64,000 nt of DNA from Candidatus Yanofskybacteria bacterium (lineage in GTDB: Bacteria > Patescibacteriota > Minisyncoccia > JACQLN01): positions 22,466 through 86,465 of the forward strand of contig CALRHC010000001.1 of the NCBI GenBank assembly GCA_943359335.1, given 5' to 3'. Below the pieces are notes generated by a model. That model had not been told where the DNA came from. It saw only the letters and a program-made list of their open reading frames with translations, and did no database searches. Below are positions 56,314 to 64,000 of this stretch, piece after piece. Within the stretch, counting starts at the first letter, position 1; every line of letters starts with the position of its first letter. The position numbers and the translations under genes are program-made.

Positions 56314-58719
56314 ATGAGCTCGGATTTTGTTTTTATAGACCCTAATAAAATTCCTCCACGCAGATCGGTTAAACCAGCGAGGTCTGGTCGTTTTAAGGTT
56401 AAGAAAATATCATCTAAGGTTTGGGAAAATAATTATGAAGAAGAGGTAGAATCCCAAGAAGAAGTTCCCGAATTTAATTTACTCGATAGTGTTTTACCGC
56501 AAAATAATATTGCGGTTCAAGCCAGTAGCATTGACCCTTTGAGTCAAGCTATATTTACACCAGAAAAAGTTGTTTTTAGTTCTATAAATAATTATTTACC
56601 TCAAGCAGTTGTAAAAAATAATACAAAAACAAAAGAAGATTTTCGCAAAGAACTTTTAGCGGAAATAGAAAATATCTATGCAAAGGACGATGAACTTTCT
56701 AGAAGAATAAACGAAATGTCTTCTACTTCTCGTTCGGTTCCAATGCATCTAGTCAGCTCTTCTATAATAAATAAAGATATTGATGATAATGGTAATTTAA
56801 AAATTCATATTGCTCCTAAACAAGATTTTTATAAAAACTTTGGAGATAAAGAAAATAAAGATATTTATATTGCAGAGACTTTCATTAAAAAAGATTTGAC
56901 CGAACGTTATAGAGCGGAAAGCGATTGGTTTCAGGTTAGTTCGACAGCGCCTTCTAGGGTTTCTGATTTAAAAAAATACTATGAAGCTAAAGATAGACGT
57001 GGTTCTAATTCTCAACAGGTAAAGTTTGAATTATCTAAAAAAGATAATAGATTTAATTTAAAATCTATCGTTGGGTATATGTCGGTATTTTTAGTCCCTG
57101 TTTCCTTGGTGTATCTTTTTGTTTCCGGTCAGTTTTCTCTTTCTGGTTTTGTTTTAGGTAGTGGAAACTTTGTAAAAACTGCTTTGGGTGGGGTTAATTC
57201 TAAGTTATTAAGCACATCTAGCTTTACCTTGGTTAATTCTAAGGATAGTGAAATTTTTCCACAACTTACAGAATTTAGTTCACAAATTAAAGAGGCTGGT
57301 TTAGGTAAAGAGTTAAGCGATAGTATAGAAAGCTTTTTACAAAAGAATGCAGAATTTTCTTGGTTTAATCTTTTTAAGAGTAAATCTATAAACAATAATT
57401 TTTCTATAATCGAGACAGAAAGTTTAGCCAAAGTTAAAAATGCTTTAAACACTTTAAGTATTAATAATAAAAATTTAATTAGGCTTAGTTCGGAGTTTTC
57501 TAACTATCTTTCCATCATTTCTTTTTGGAATCAGGTTTTGTTGCCAGATAAAAATTATTTAATAGTAGTTTTAAATTCTGAACGTTCTTGGCCGGGTGGG
57601 GGTGAACCAAAAAATTATGTTGTTGTTAGTACCTCTAAAGAAGGTTTAGAAACAGTGTCATCTGGTAAATTTTCCGAACTAGATGCTGCATTCGATTTAA
57701 AAGTAGTTCCGCCCGATCCAATTAAAGTAGCTAGCACTTCCTGGTTACCATCGCAATCTTTTTGGTTTATGGATTTTAAAGAATCCGCCAAAACAATTAC
57801 AAACTTTTTTGAAAATACTTCTGGAAAAAGAATCGACGGCGTAATTGCGGTAAATGAAAGCTTTTTAAAAAATTTAAGTTTTAAAGAAAGTTTAACAATG
57901 GATACTTCTTCACCTAGTTGGTTTTATGGTTTTTACGAAGCTTTTGGTCGCAAGCCGGCTGGCAGATGGGTATCTTTAGCAAGTATTTTAAATAATGGTT
58001 TAAATTCTCACGATGTTCAGTTTTATTTTAAAGATTCTGCGTTAGAAAAATTTGTTGAAGGCTCTGGTTGGTCAACTAAAGTTGCTAGTGAAGACTCAAA
58101 AGATATTTTAGGTGTTTCTTGGGCTAGTATAAAGGGCGGATCTTTAAATTTGGAACTGGCTGAATATAGAACACAAATATTTCAAGATGGTTCGGTTATA
58201 GTAAAACTTAATTTAATGGTTCGTCAAAATATTGGAGATGAATCGTTAAGTTATTTAAAAGTATATTTGCCAAAAGGTGCTCAAGTTTTGAAAGCAGAAG
58301 GTTTTTCGGTTAAAGAAAAAATTCCAAAATTTAGTTATGCAGTTAAGGGTTTTTCTTCGGATAGAAGAATAAATAATTTTACAGATTCTAAGGCGGGCGA
58401 TATAGATATTTTTGATGAAGGCAATAACGCTGTTGTGGGTGGTTGGATTAACTTAAAAAGAAACGCAAGAAACACGGTTAATTTGGAATATATTTCTTCT
58501 ACAAAAATTTCGCGGGTAGATGGAAAAGGAGATTATTCTTTGAAAATTATTCGGCCAAGTCAAAAAGATAATGTCCCTTTTCGTTATGTGATTACTCCAC
58601 AAGAAGGTGTAATTATTGAATCTTTAGAACCAAATGGTTTTGTAAGCCAGAACCTGGGTGAATATCAGGGCAATATTTCGCAGGATCTAAATTTAATTTC
58701 ATCGTTTTTGTTTAAATAA
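56314..58719 (+). CDS. DUF4012-like membrane-anchored protein
   Basis: Low-complexity N-terminus, TM, YLIVVLNSE..PGGG, WFMDFKESA, IDGVIAVN, YLKVYLPKG. Confidence 0.7.
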   Translation: MSSDFVFIDPNKIPPRRSVKPARSGRFKVKKISSKVWENNYEEEVESQEEVPEFNLLDSVLPQNNIAVQASSIDPLSQAIFTPEKVVFSSINNYLPQAVVKNNTKTKEDFRKELLAEIENIYAKDDELSRRINEMSSTSRSVPMHLVSSSIINKDIDDNGNLKIHIAPKQDFYKNFGDKENKDIYIAETFIKKDLTERYRAESDWFQVSSTAPSRVSDLKKYYEAKDRRGSNSQQVKFELSKKDNRFNLKSIVGYMSVFLVPVSLVYLFVSGQFSLSGFVLGSGNFVKTALGGVNSKLLSTSSFTLVNSKDSEIFPQLTEFSSQIKEAGLGKELSDSIESFLQKNAEFSWFNLFKSKSINNNFSIIETESLAKVKNALNTLSINNKNLIRLSSEFSNYLSIISFWNQVLLPDKNYLIVVLNSERSWPGGGEPKNYVVVSTSKEGLETVSSGKFSELDAAFDLKVVPPDPIKVASTSWLPSQSFWFMDFKESAKTITNFFENTSGKRIDGVIAVNESFLKNLSFKESLTMDTSSPSWFYGFYEAFGRKPAGRWVSLASILNNGLNSHDVQFYFKDSALEKFVEGSGWSTKVASEDSKDILGVSWASIKGGSLNLELAEYRTQIFQDGSVIVKLNLMVRQNIGDESLSYLKVYLPKGAQVLKAEGFSVKEKIPKFSYAVKGFSSDRRINNFTDSKAGDIDIFDEGNNAVVGGWINLKRNARNTVNLEYISSTKISRVDGKGDYSLKIIRPSQKDNVPFRYVITPQEGVIIESLEPNGFVSQNLGEYQGNISQDLNLISSFLFK

Positions 58720-58746
58720 AAAACCGACCCGTTTTGGGTCGGTTTG
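58720..58746. terminator. Bidirectional terminator
   Basis: AAACCGACCC-gtttt-GGGTCGGTTT. Confidence 0.8.
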
Positions 58747-58768
58747 TGGTAACACTCTTAAGGAGATA

Positions 58769-59431
58769 TTATTCGGTTTCTATTTCCAGATTCTCCAATT
58801 CTTGTCTGATGGTATAGCGCGAGATACCTCTTGATCGACGTAGTTTTCCAACCAAGTTTACCGATACGCCTGCACATTCGGCTATGATCTTATCGCTCAA
58901 ATGTCCAAGAAATGGACCGACTTTATCTCTCCAATTGTTTTTATTTATTTCTGTAAAAGAATATTTTTTTCCGATTCTTTCAAAGGCCTGGGTAAGTCCT
59001 CCAAAGTGAACCACGGCCGAGTGGTAAATAGCTGGATGTTCCTTTAGCATCTCTTCCGGTGATAGACCTTCTTTGCCAAACAACTTAGGCAAAGTCTGAG
59101 CCGCACAGAAAAAAGGCAACTCTATATTGCTATATCTACCATGGCAAATAAGCTTGGGTTGAAAGCGATTGCCGCAACCAGAACAAGCTGTGGTGAAATC
59201 ATCTGGATCAGGTAAAAAACCTTTAATAATCTCTAGAGCCGTCATTTTACAACTACACTTGGGGCATGTTGCTTGGGGTTCGTACTTGTCGCCCCTCAAC
59301 GCTTCAACTAAATCCAAACGCATCTGAAGTTGTGCTTGCTGGATATATATACGTTGCTCAACATTCAATGATAGAGTGATTCTTTGCATATTTCTCAAAC
59401 TCTGCGAAAGTGACACTTCTTGCATCAACAT
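58769..59431 (-). CDS. Hypothetical zinc-ribbon/HTH protein (orphan cassette)
   Basis: CPKC, CSGC; C-terminal HTH-like LSDKIIAECAGVSVNLVGKLRR; GAGGAG SD. Confidence 0.7.
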   Translation of the reverse strand: MLMQEVSLSQSLRNMQRITLSLNVEQRIYIQQAQLQMRLDLVEALRGDKYEPQATCPKCSCKMTALEIIKGFLPDPDDFTTACSGCGNRFQPKLICHGRYSNIELPFFCAAQTLPKLFGKEGLSPEEMLKEHPAIYHSAVVHFGGLTQAFERIGKKYSFTEINKNNWRDKVGPFLGHLSDKIIAECAGVSVNLVGKLRRSRGISRYTIRQELENLEIETE

Positions 59432-59580
59432 CTTTTCTCTCCTCTTAAGGGGTTTAAATGAGCTTTTTTTATTTTACTTAATATTATATATTTGTCAAGT
59501 GACAACCTCTTTAGTCCGCAGTTTAATTTGGAATGAATGTTTTTATTTGTACTCTCTATTTATGCTAATATCTAGTAACA

Positions 59581-61200
59581 ATGGCTCTAGACAGATTTAA
59601 CGGCTTTTTAAGCCAAAAAACAAAAGGTGTTTTGGCTGCAGCAAGTATATTGGCTTTGGCTGGTCTTTTGAGCCGTTTGCTTGGCTTTGGCAGAAACGCA
59701 TTGCTGGCTTACTACTTTGGAGCAGGCGATGTTTTGGATGCTTATTTTTTAGCTTTTAGATTACCTGATTTCTTTTTTAATCTATTATTTTTTGGTGCTT
59801 TTTCAGCTGGTTTTGTTCCGGTGTTTATAAAAATTAAAAACGAAAATGCAGAGCGTGCTTGGAAGTTGGCTAGCGATGTTTTAAGTATTACACTTGTGAT
59901 ATTTGCAGTGTTTGGCGCTTTATTTTTTGTAGCGGCTCCATGGATTTTAAAACTAATTGCCCCCGGTTTTGAAGGCGAAAAATTGGACCTTGCTGTAAAA
60001 TTAAGCAGAGTAATGTTTTTACAGCCCATGTTTTTAGGTGTGTCGGTTGTGTTTTCGGGAATACTACAATCAACACATAGATTTTTGGCTTATGCTTTTG
60101 CTCCAATTTTTTATAACATCGGGATAATAATTGGTATTTTATTTTTTGCTACTAGACTCGGTCCCATTGGTTTAGCTTGGGGTGTTGTTTTGGGTGCTTT
60201 GCTACATATGTTAGTACAGTATCCAGCAGCTAAGCATAGTGGTTTTAATTACAAACCTTCTTTTTCTTTTAAGGAAAATTCTATAAGGGATATTTTTCAT
60301 ATAATAATTCCACGTTCTTTGAGTTTGATTTTGGCTCAACTTAATTTAGTTGTTTTGGCCGGAGTAGCTTCTTTTTTAGGTTCGGGCAGAGTTTCTATTT
60401 TTAGTTTTGCAAACGATTTAAACGGTTTAATTTTGGGTGTGGTAGCAGTGCCGCTTGGTGTGGCCGTGTTTCCGGTTTTTGCTAGCGAAATATCTAAAAA
60501 AAGATTCGAAGAGTTTTCTGCTATTTTTATAAAAACATTGCGCCAGCTTTTATTTGTAATGATACCAGCCACTGCTTTGTTTTTTGTTTTGCGTGCACAA
60601 ATAGTGCGTTTAACTTTAGGCTATGGCCAGTTTGACTGGCTTGATACTGTTTTAACGATAGATACCTTAGGATTATTTTTGATAGGTTTAATTTTTCAAG
60701 GAATGCTCGCTATTATTCTTAGAGCATTTTTTGCTTTGGAAGACGCCAAGACAACTTTTTGGGTTCTATTATTTGGTGTTTTAATAAGCGTAGTTAGCGC
60801 TCTGTCTTTGGGACCAATTATGGATGTTCCGGCTTTGGCGCTTGCAATGAGCATAGCTTCTGTGTTTAATACAGTTGTTTTATTTATATTTTTAACAAAA
60901 AGAATTAAGACTATTTCTTTAAAACTTTTATTAAAACCAGTTAGTGTCTTTATTCTTGGAGCCTTAGTTGCTGGTTTTTTGGCTCACTATACACTTTATT
61001 TTATAGATAGATTTATAGATACGCACAAAGTTTTACATTTAATTATACAGGGGTTATTATCGGGTCTTGTTGGGTTAGTAGCGTACTTTGTTGTTTTGGG
61101 TTTTTCTGGAATAGAGGAATACAAGTTTATTGTTGAAAAAATTAAATCTAGTAAAAAAATTATTTTACCGAACTTAGACGAAGAAACACATCAAAGCTAG
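59581..61200 (+). CDS. murJ: Lipid II flippase MurJ
   Basis: SRLLGFGR, DAYFLAFRLPD, FVPVF, RAFFALED; ~14 TM. Confidence 0.94.
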   Translation: MALDRFNGFLSQKTKGVLAAASILALAGLLSRLLGFGRNALLAYYFGAGDVLDAYFLAFRLPDFFFNLLFFGAFSAGFVPVFIKIKNENAERAWKLASDVLSITLVIFAVFGALFFVAAPWILKLIAPGFEGEKLDLAVKLSRVMFLQPMFLGVSVVFSGILQSTHRFLAYAFAPIFYNIGIIIGILFFATRLGPIGLAWGVVLGALLHMLVQYPAAKHSGFNYKPSFSFKENSIRDIFHIIIPRSLSLILAQLNLVVLAGVASFLGSGRVSIFSFANDLNGLILGVVAVPLGVAVFPVFASEISKKRFEEFSAIFIKTLRQLLFVMIPATALFFVLRAQIVRLTLGYGQFDWLDTVLTIDTLGLFLIGLIFQGMLAIILRAFFALEDAKTTFWVLLFGVLISVVSALSLGPIMDVPALALAMSIASVFNTVVLFIFLTKRIKTISLKLLLKPVSVFILGALVAGFLAHYTLYFIDRFIDTHKVLHLIIQGLLSGLVGLVAYFVVLGFSGIEEYKFIVEKIKSSKKIILPNLDEETHQS

Positions 61201-61230
61201 TATTTAGAATAGAGACAAGAAAAAACAAAG

Positions 61231-63030
61231 ATGAAACCAGAAACTCAAAATATAAGAAACTTTTCAATAATTGCCCATATCGATCACGGCAAGTCTACTT
61301 TGGCCGATAGGCTTTTAGAATTAACGAAAACCGTAGAAGTGCGCCAGATGCATTCGCAGTATCTAGATATGATGGATTTAGAACAGGAACGTGGCATAAC
61401 CATTAAAATGCAGCCGGTTAGAATGCAATACAATGGTTATATTTTAAATTTAATAGATACACCAGGGCATGTAGATTTTTCCTACGAAGTTTCCCGTTCT
61501 TTGGCTGCAGTAGAAGGCGTTATTTTATTAGTAGATGGAACTAAAGGTATACAAGCGCAAACCTTGGCGCATTTGAGCCAGGCTCAAAAGCAAAATAAAG
61601 TTATAATTGCGGCGGTAAATAAAATAGATTTACCTAATGCTCGCCCAGAAGAAATAGAAGAAGAGTTAAAAAATCTTTTAGGTCAAGATGTAGAAATTTT
61701 TAAAATATCGGCTAAAGACGGCACCAATGTAGATAAGCTTTTAGATACAGTTATAGAAAGAGTGCCTTCACCTAAAAATTCACCAAGCTCTTTAGATAGA
61801 GCTTTGATTTTTGATTCCACTTACGATTCTTACAAAGGAGTTTTAGCATATGTACGTGTTTTTAACGGTAGTTTTAGGGGTGATCAAAAAATAAAATTAA
61901 TCGCTCAAAATAAAGAAGCAGGAATTATGGAAGTTGGGCATTTTAAACCCCAGCTTTCGGTTCAAAAAGAAATCAAAGAAGGGGAAATAGGTTTTATTGC
62001 CACAGGCTTAAAAGACCCTTCACTTATAAGAGTGGGTGACACCGCAGTTATTTTAAATTCGGAATCTCAATTTTTAGATTTAAAAAACTTTGCCCTAGAA
62101 GGTTACAAAGATCCTCGTCCAGTTGTATTTGCCAGTATGTTTCCAAAGGATGGTGCGGAGTTTGCTATGTTAAAAGATTCCTTACTTAAACTTAAACTTT
62201 CCGATGCGGCTTTAACTTTCGAACTAGATTCACAAGAAGTTTTAGGACGAGGTTTTAGATGTGGGTTTTTGGGTTCCTTGCATATGGAAATTGTTTTAGA
62301 ACGCTTGGAACGGGAATATAATTTATCTTTAATAACAACGACACCTTCGGTAAGTTACGAAATAATTTTAAGAGATGGAACAATTCAGAATATTTTCTCG
62401 GCGGCTGATTTGCCAACTTCTGATAGATATTCAGAAGTTCGTGAACCTTGGGTTTCTTTAACTTTGCTTTCACCTTCAAAATATATTGGAGGTATTTTAG
62501 AACTTTTAGCTCACCGCCGCGGAATTTCTAAACACACTGAATATATTTCGGAAGACAGGGTAGAAATTTTTTATGAAATACCCCTTGCCGAAATTATTGT
62601 AGATTTTCACGATAAGTTAAAAAGCGTTTCTTCGGGCTATGCTTCGCTAAGTTACGAATTTTTAGAACTTAGAAAAGGCGATTTAATTAAATTAGATATT
62701 TTAGTAGCAGGTGAACTAGTTGATGCTTTAAGCCGAATTGTGCCGAGCGATCAAGCCCAAGACGAAGGCAAAAGAATTGTAGAAAGATTAAAAGAACTTT
62801 TACCAAGGCAGTGGTTCGAAGTAATGTTACAAGCCGCCATTGGTGGAAAAATAATTGCTCGCGAAAATATCGCCGCTTTAAAGAAAGATGTAACTAGCCA
62901 TATGTATGGAGGCGATATTACACGCAAAATGAAGCTTAGGGAAAAGCAAAAAAAGGGTAAGAAAAAAATGAAAGAAAGGGGAAGAGTAGACATTCCAAAC
63001 TCTGTTTTTTTCGAATTATTAAAGCGCTAG
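61231..63030 (+). CDS. lepA: Elongation factor 4 LepA
   Basis: IAHIDHGKSTLADR, ERGITIK, GFRCGFLG, YGGDITRK. Confidence 0.98.
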   Translation: MKPETQNIRNFSIIAHIDHGKSTLADRLLELTKTVEVRQMHSQYLDMMDLEQERGITIKMQPVRMQYNGYILNLIDTPGHVDFSYEVSRSLAAVEGVILLVDGTKGIQAQTLAHLSQAQKQNKVIIAAVNKIDLPNARPEEIEEELKNLLGQDVEIFKISAKDGTNVDKLLDTVIERVPSPKNSPSSLDRALIFDSTYDSYKGVLAYVRVFNGSFRGDQKIKLIAQNKEAGIMEVGHFKPQLSVQKEIKEGEIGFIATGLKDPSLIRVGDTAVILNSESQFLDLKNFALEGYKDPRPVVFASMFPKDGAEFAMLKDSLLKLKLSDAALTFELDSQEVLGRGFRCGFLGSLHMEIVLERLEREYNLSLITTTPSVSYEIILRDGTIQNIFSAADLPTSDRYSEVREPWVSLTLLSPSKYIGGILELLAHRRGISKHTEYISEDRVEIFYEIPLAEIIVDFHDKLKSVSSGYASLSYEFLELRKGDLIKLDILVAGELVDALSRIVPSDQAQDEGKRIVERLKELLPRQWFEVMLQAAIGGKIIARENIAALKKDVTSHMYGGDITRKMKLREKQKKGKKKMKERGRVDIPNSVFFELLKR

Positions 63031-63087
63031 AAAATGGCTTAAAACCGAGTTTTTCTAGCAATATTTACGGTTTTTGGGTTGTAGGAC

Positions 63088-63115
63088 TTGACAGGATTTA
63101 TGGCTATGGTATACT
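63088..63115 (+). promoter_or_regulatory. sigma70-type promoter
   Basis: TTGACA-16nt-TATACT with TG extension. Confidence 0.75.
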
Positions 63116-63120
63116 GGAAA

Positions 63121-63790
63121 CATCATTGATCGTTAGCGGTTTCCCTCCCCGAGGGCCACTAGCTGATCATAGTTCATTCATTTTCAAAGAAAGAAAGGAA
63201 GGTGCCAAGTGGACGAGAGCCGTGGACAGCCGTCTGGGTTCACCCTATTCCAAATTTCTCGCTCCGGCTAACCTGGTCCTCGACGACCTGGTCGCCAACT
63301 TCTCCGCCGGCGCTGGCCATACCGAATAGGTTCTGGCCGCAGCCCGCGCGAAGGTGAGTGTAAGTCGACTCAATAGCGAGTCGCTGCTCGCGATGCTCGG
63401 CAACTGCGAAAGTTGCCGAGTCTGCCCGAACGCTCTGGAGACGCCAGATGCGTTATTGTCCGATGGATCGCCCCCGTAACGCGGAGGCTCTACCGTGCCA
63501 AGAAGGCGCTGCGGAATTCCAGGTCCTATTTAGGACGAGGGTTCAGGGAATAAGATTCTCCTAGTGTTGTCTAACTGTTTAGATGATGTCTTCGCTCAAA
63601 TTGTTTCTAGCGAGACAGCCGATCTGGCAGTTCAATGCATAGGATAAAAGAATCTTAACAATCCTCGTCCTGTGTCACCTTTTGGAGTTAGTTAGATGGC
63701 CCTCCGCCTCCTTTCTTTGTTGTTTTAATGAAATTGGGAGCGGACACCCCGATTTCACCCCCGACACTACGGTGTCGGGGCTTTTTATTT
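63121..63790 (+). other. GC-rich putative transcription unit without intact long ORF (pseudogene or ncRNA)
   Basis: Bounded by consensus promoter and terminator; main frame broken by TAG at 63327. Confidence 0.4.
63759..63790 (+). terminator. Intrinsic terminator
   Basis: CCCCGACAC-tacg-GTGTCGGGG followed by T-run. Confidence 0.85.
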
Positions 63791-63899
63791 ATTTAACACT
63801 AAGTGTTGAACAAATATCCTGAGTGAGTAAAACGAATCGAAGGATTTAAGATGGGTTTTATTTATTAAAAAACTCCTTCGATTTGGTATCGGAGGAGTT

Positions 63900-64000
63900 T
63901 TAGTTTTCTTGAGGTTCGGTTTCTGCTTTAGCAAAGCTTTTTATTATAGGGTCCATATTGCCATCTAAAACTTTATCTATTTGGCTCCAACTTTTTTTAA
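63900..64000 (-). CDS. prfA: 3' end of probable peptide chain release factor 1 (partial)
   Basis: Manual translation KKSWSQIDKVLDGNMDPIIKSFAKAETEPQEN* resembles RF1 C-terminus; only 32 codons visible. Confidence 0.6.
   Translation of the reverse strand, partial: KKSWSQIDKVLDGNMDPIIKSFAKAETEPQEN

Noticed and set aside
55644-56317. Short ORFs 55644-55841 and 56066-56317
   Set aside because: They overlap the RNase P RNA gene on the opposite strand
467-62993. Numerous short antisense or out-of-frame ORFs inside known genes
   Set aside because: No start signals or recognisable motifs; expected shadows of coding sequence
63126-63790. tmRNA
   Set aside because: No tRNA-Ala-like acceptor, T-arm or CCA end found on either strand

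Overview
AT-rich bacterial chromosome segment whose gene content and style point to Patescibacteria (CPR), probably Parcubacteria; this is inferred from the short AlaRS/ProRS, the DUF4012, PEGA, Gmad2 and baseplate-J-like proteins, the VirD4-like ATPase pair and housekeeping genes that mostly lack Shine-Dalgarno sites. It is mostly housekeeping: secDF, mnmA, alaS, the infA-rpmJ-rpsMKD-rpoA-rplQ-rplM-rpsI cluster, two mreB, mreC, frr, rseP, proS, ftsK, recA, rpsF-ssb-rpsR, dnaG-rpoD, a UvrD-nuclease, adk-map, tpiA-pgk, recJ-rnhA, rnpB, murJ, lepA and the 3' end of a probable prfA. Non-obvious structure: (1) a four-helix-bundle gene sits between two inverted arrays of AGCT-core tandem repeats, and five gene-less copies of that hairpin fill junctions of housekeeping operons, oriented with transcription; (2) about ten orphan genes share a promoter / boxA-like / strong SD / terminator layout; (3) a small minus-strand RNA operon holds an atypical tRNA-like gene, a tRNA-Gly(GCC) with unusual identity elements and a ~117-nt unassigned structured RNA; (4) a two-copy structured repeat shows covariation, and short palindromes sit in frame in mnmA and alaS; (5) a toxin-antitoxin module is bracketed by a duplicated 3' end of the UvrD gene; (6) an FCB-type extra sigma factor is present and RpoA lacks its CTD. 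All calls come from reading the sequence; no database searches or folding programs were run.
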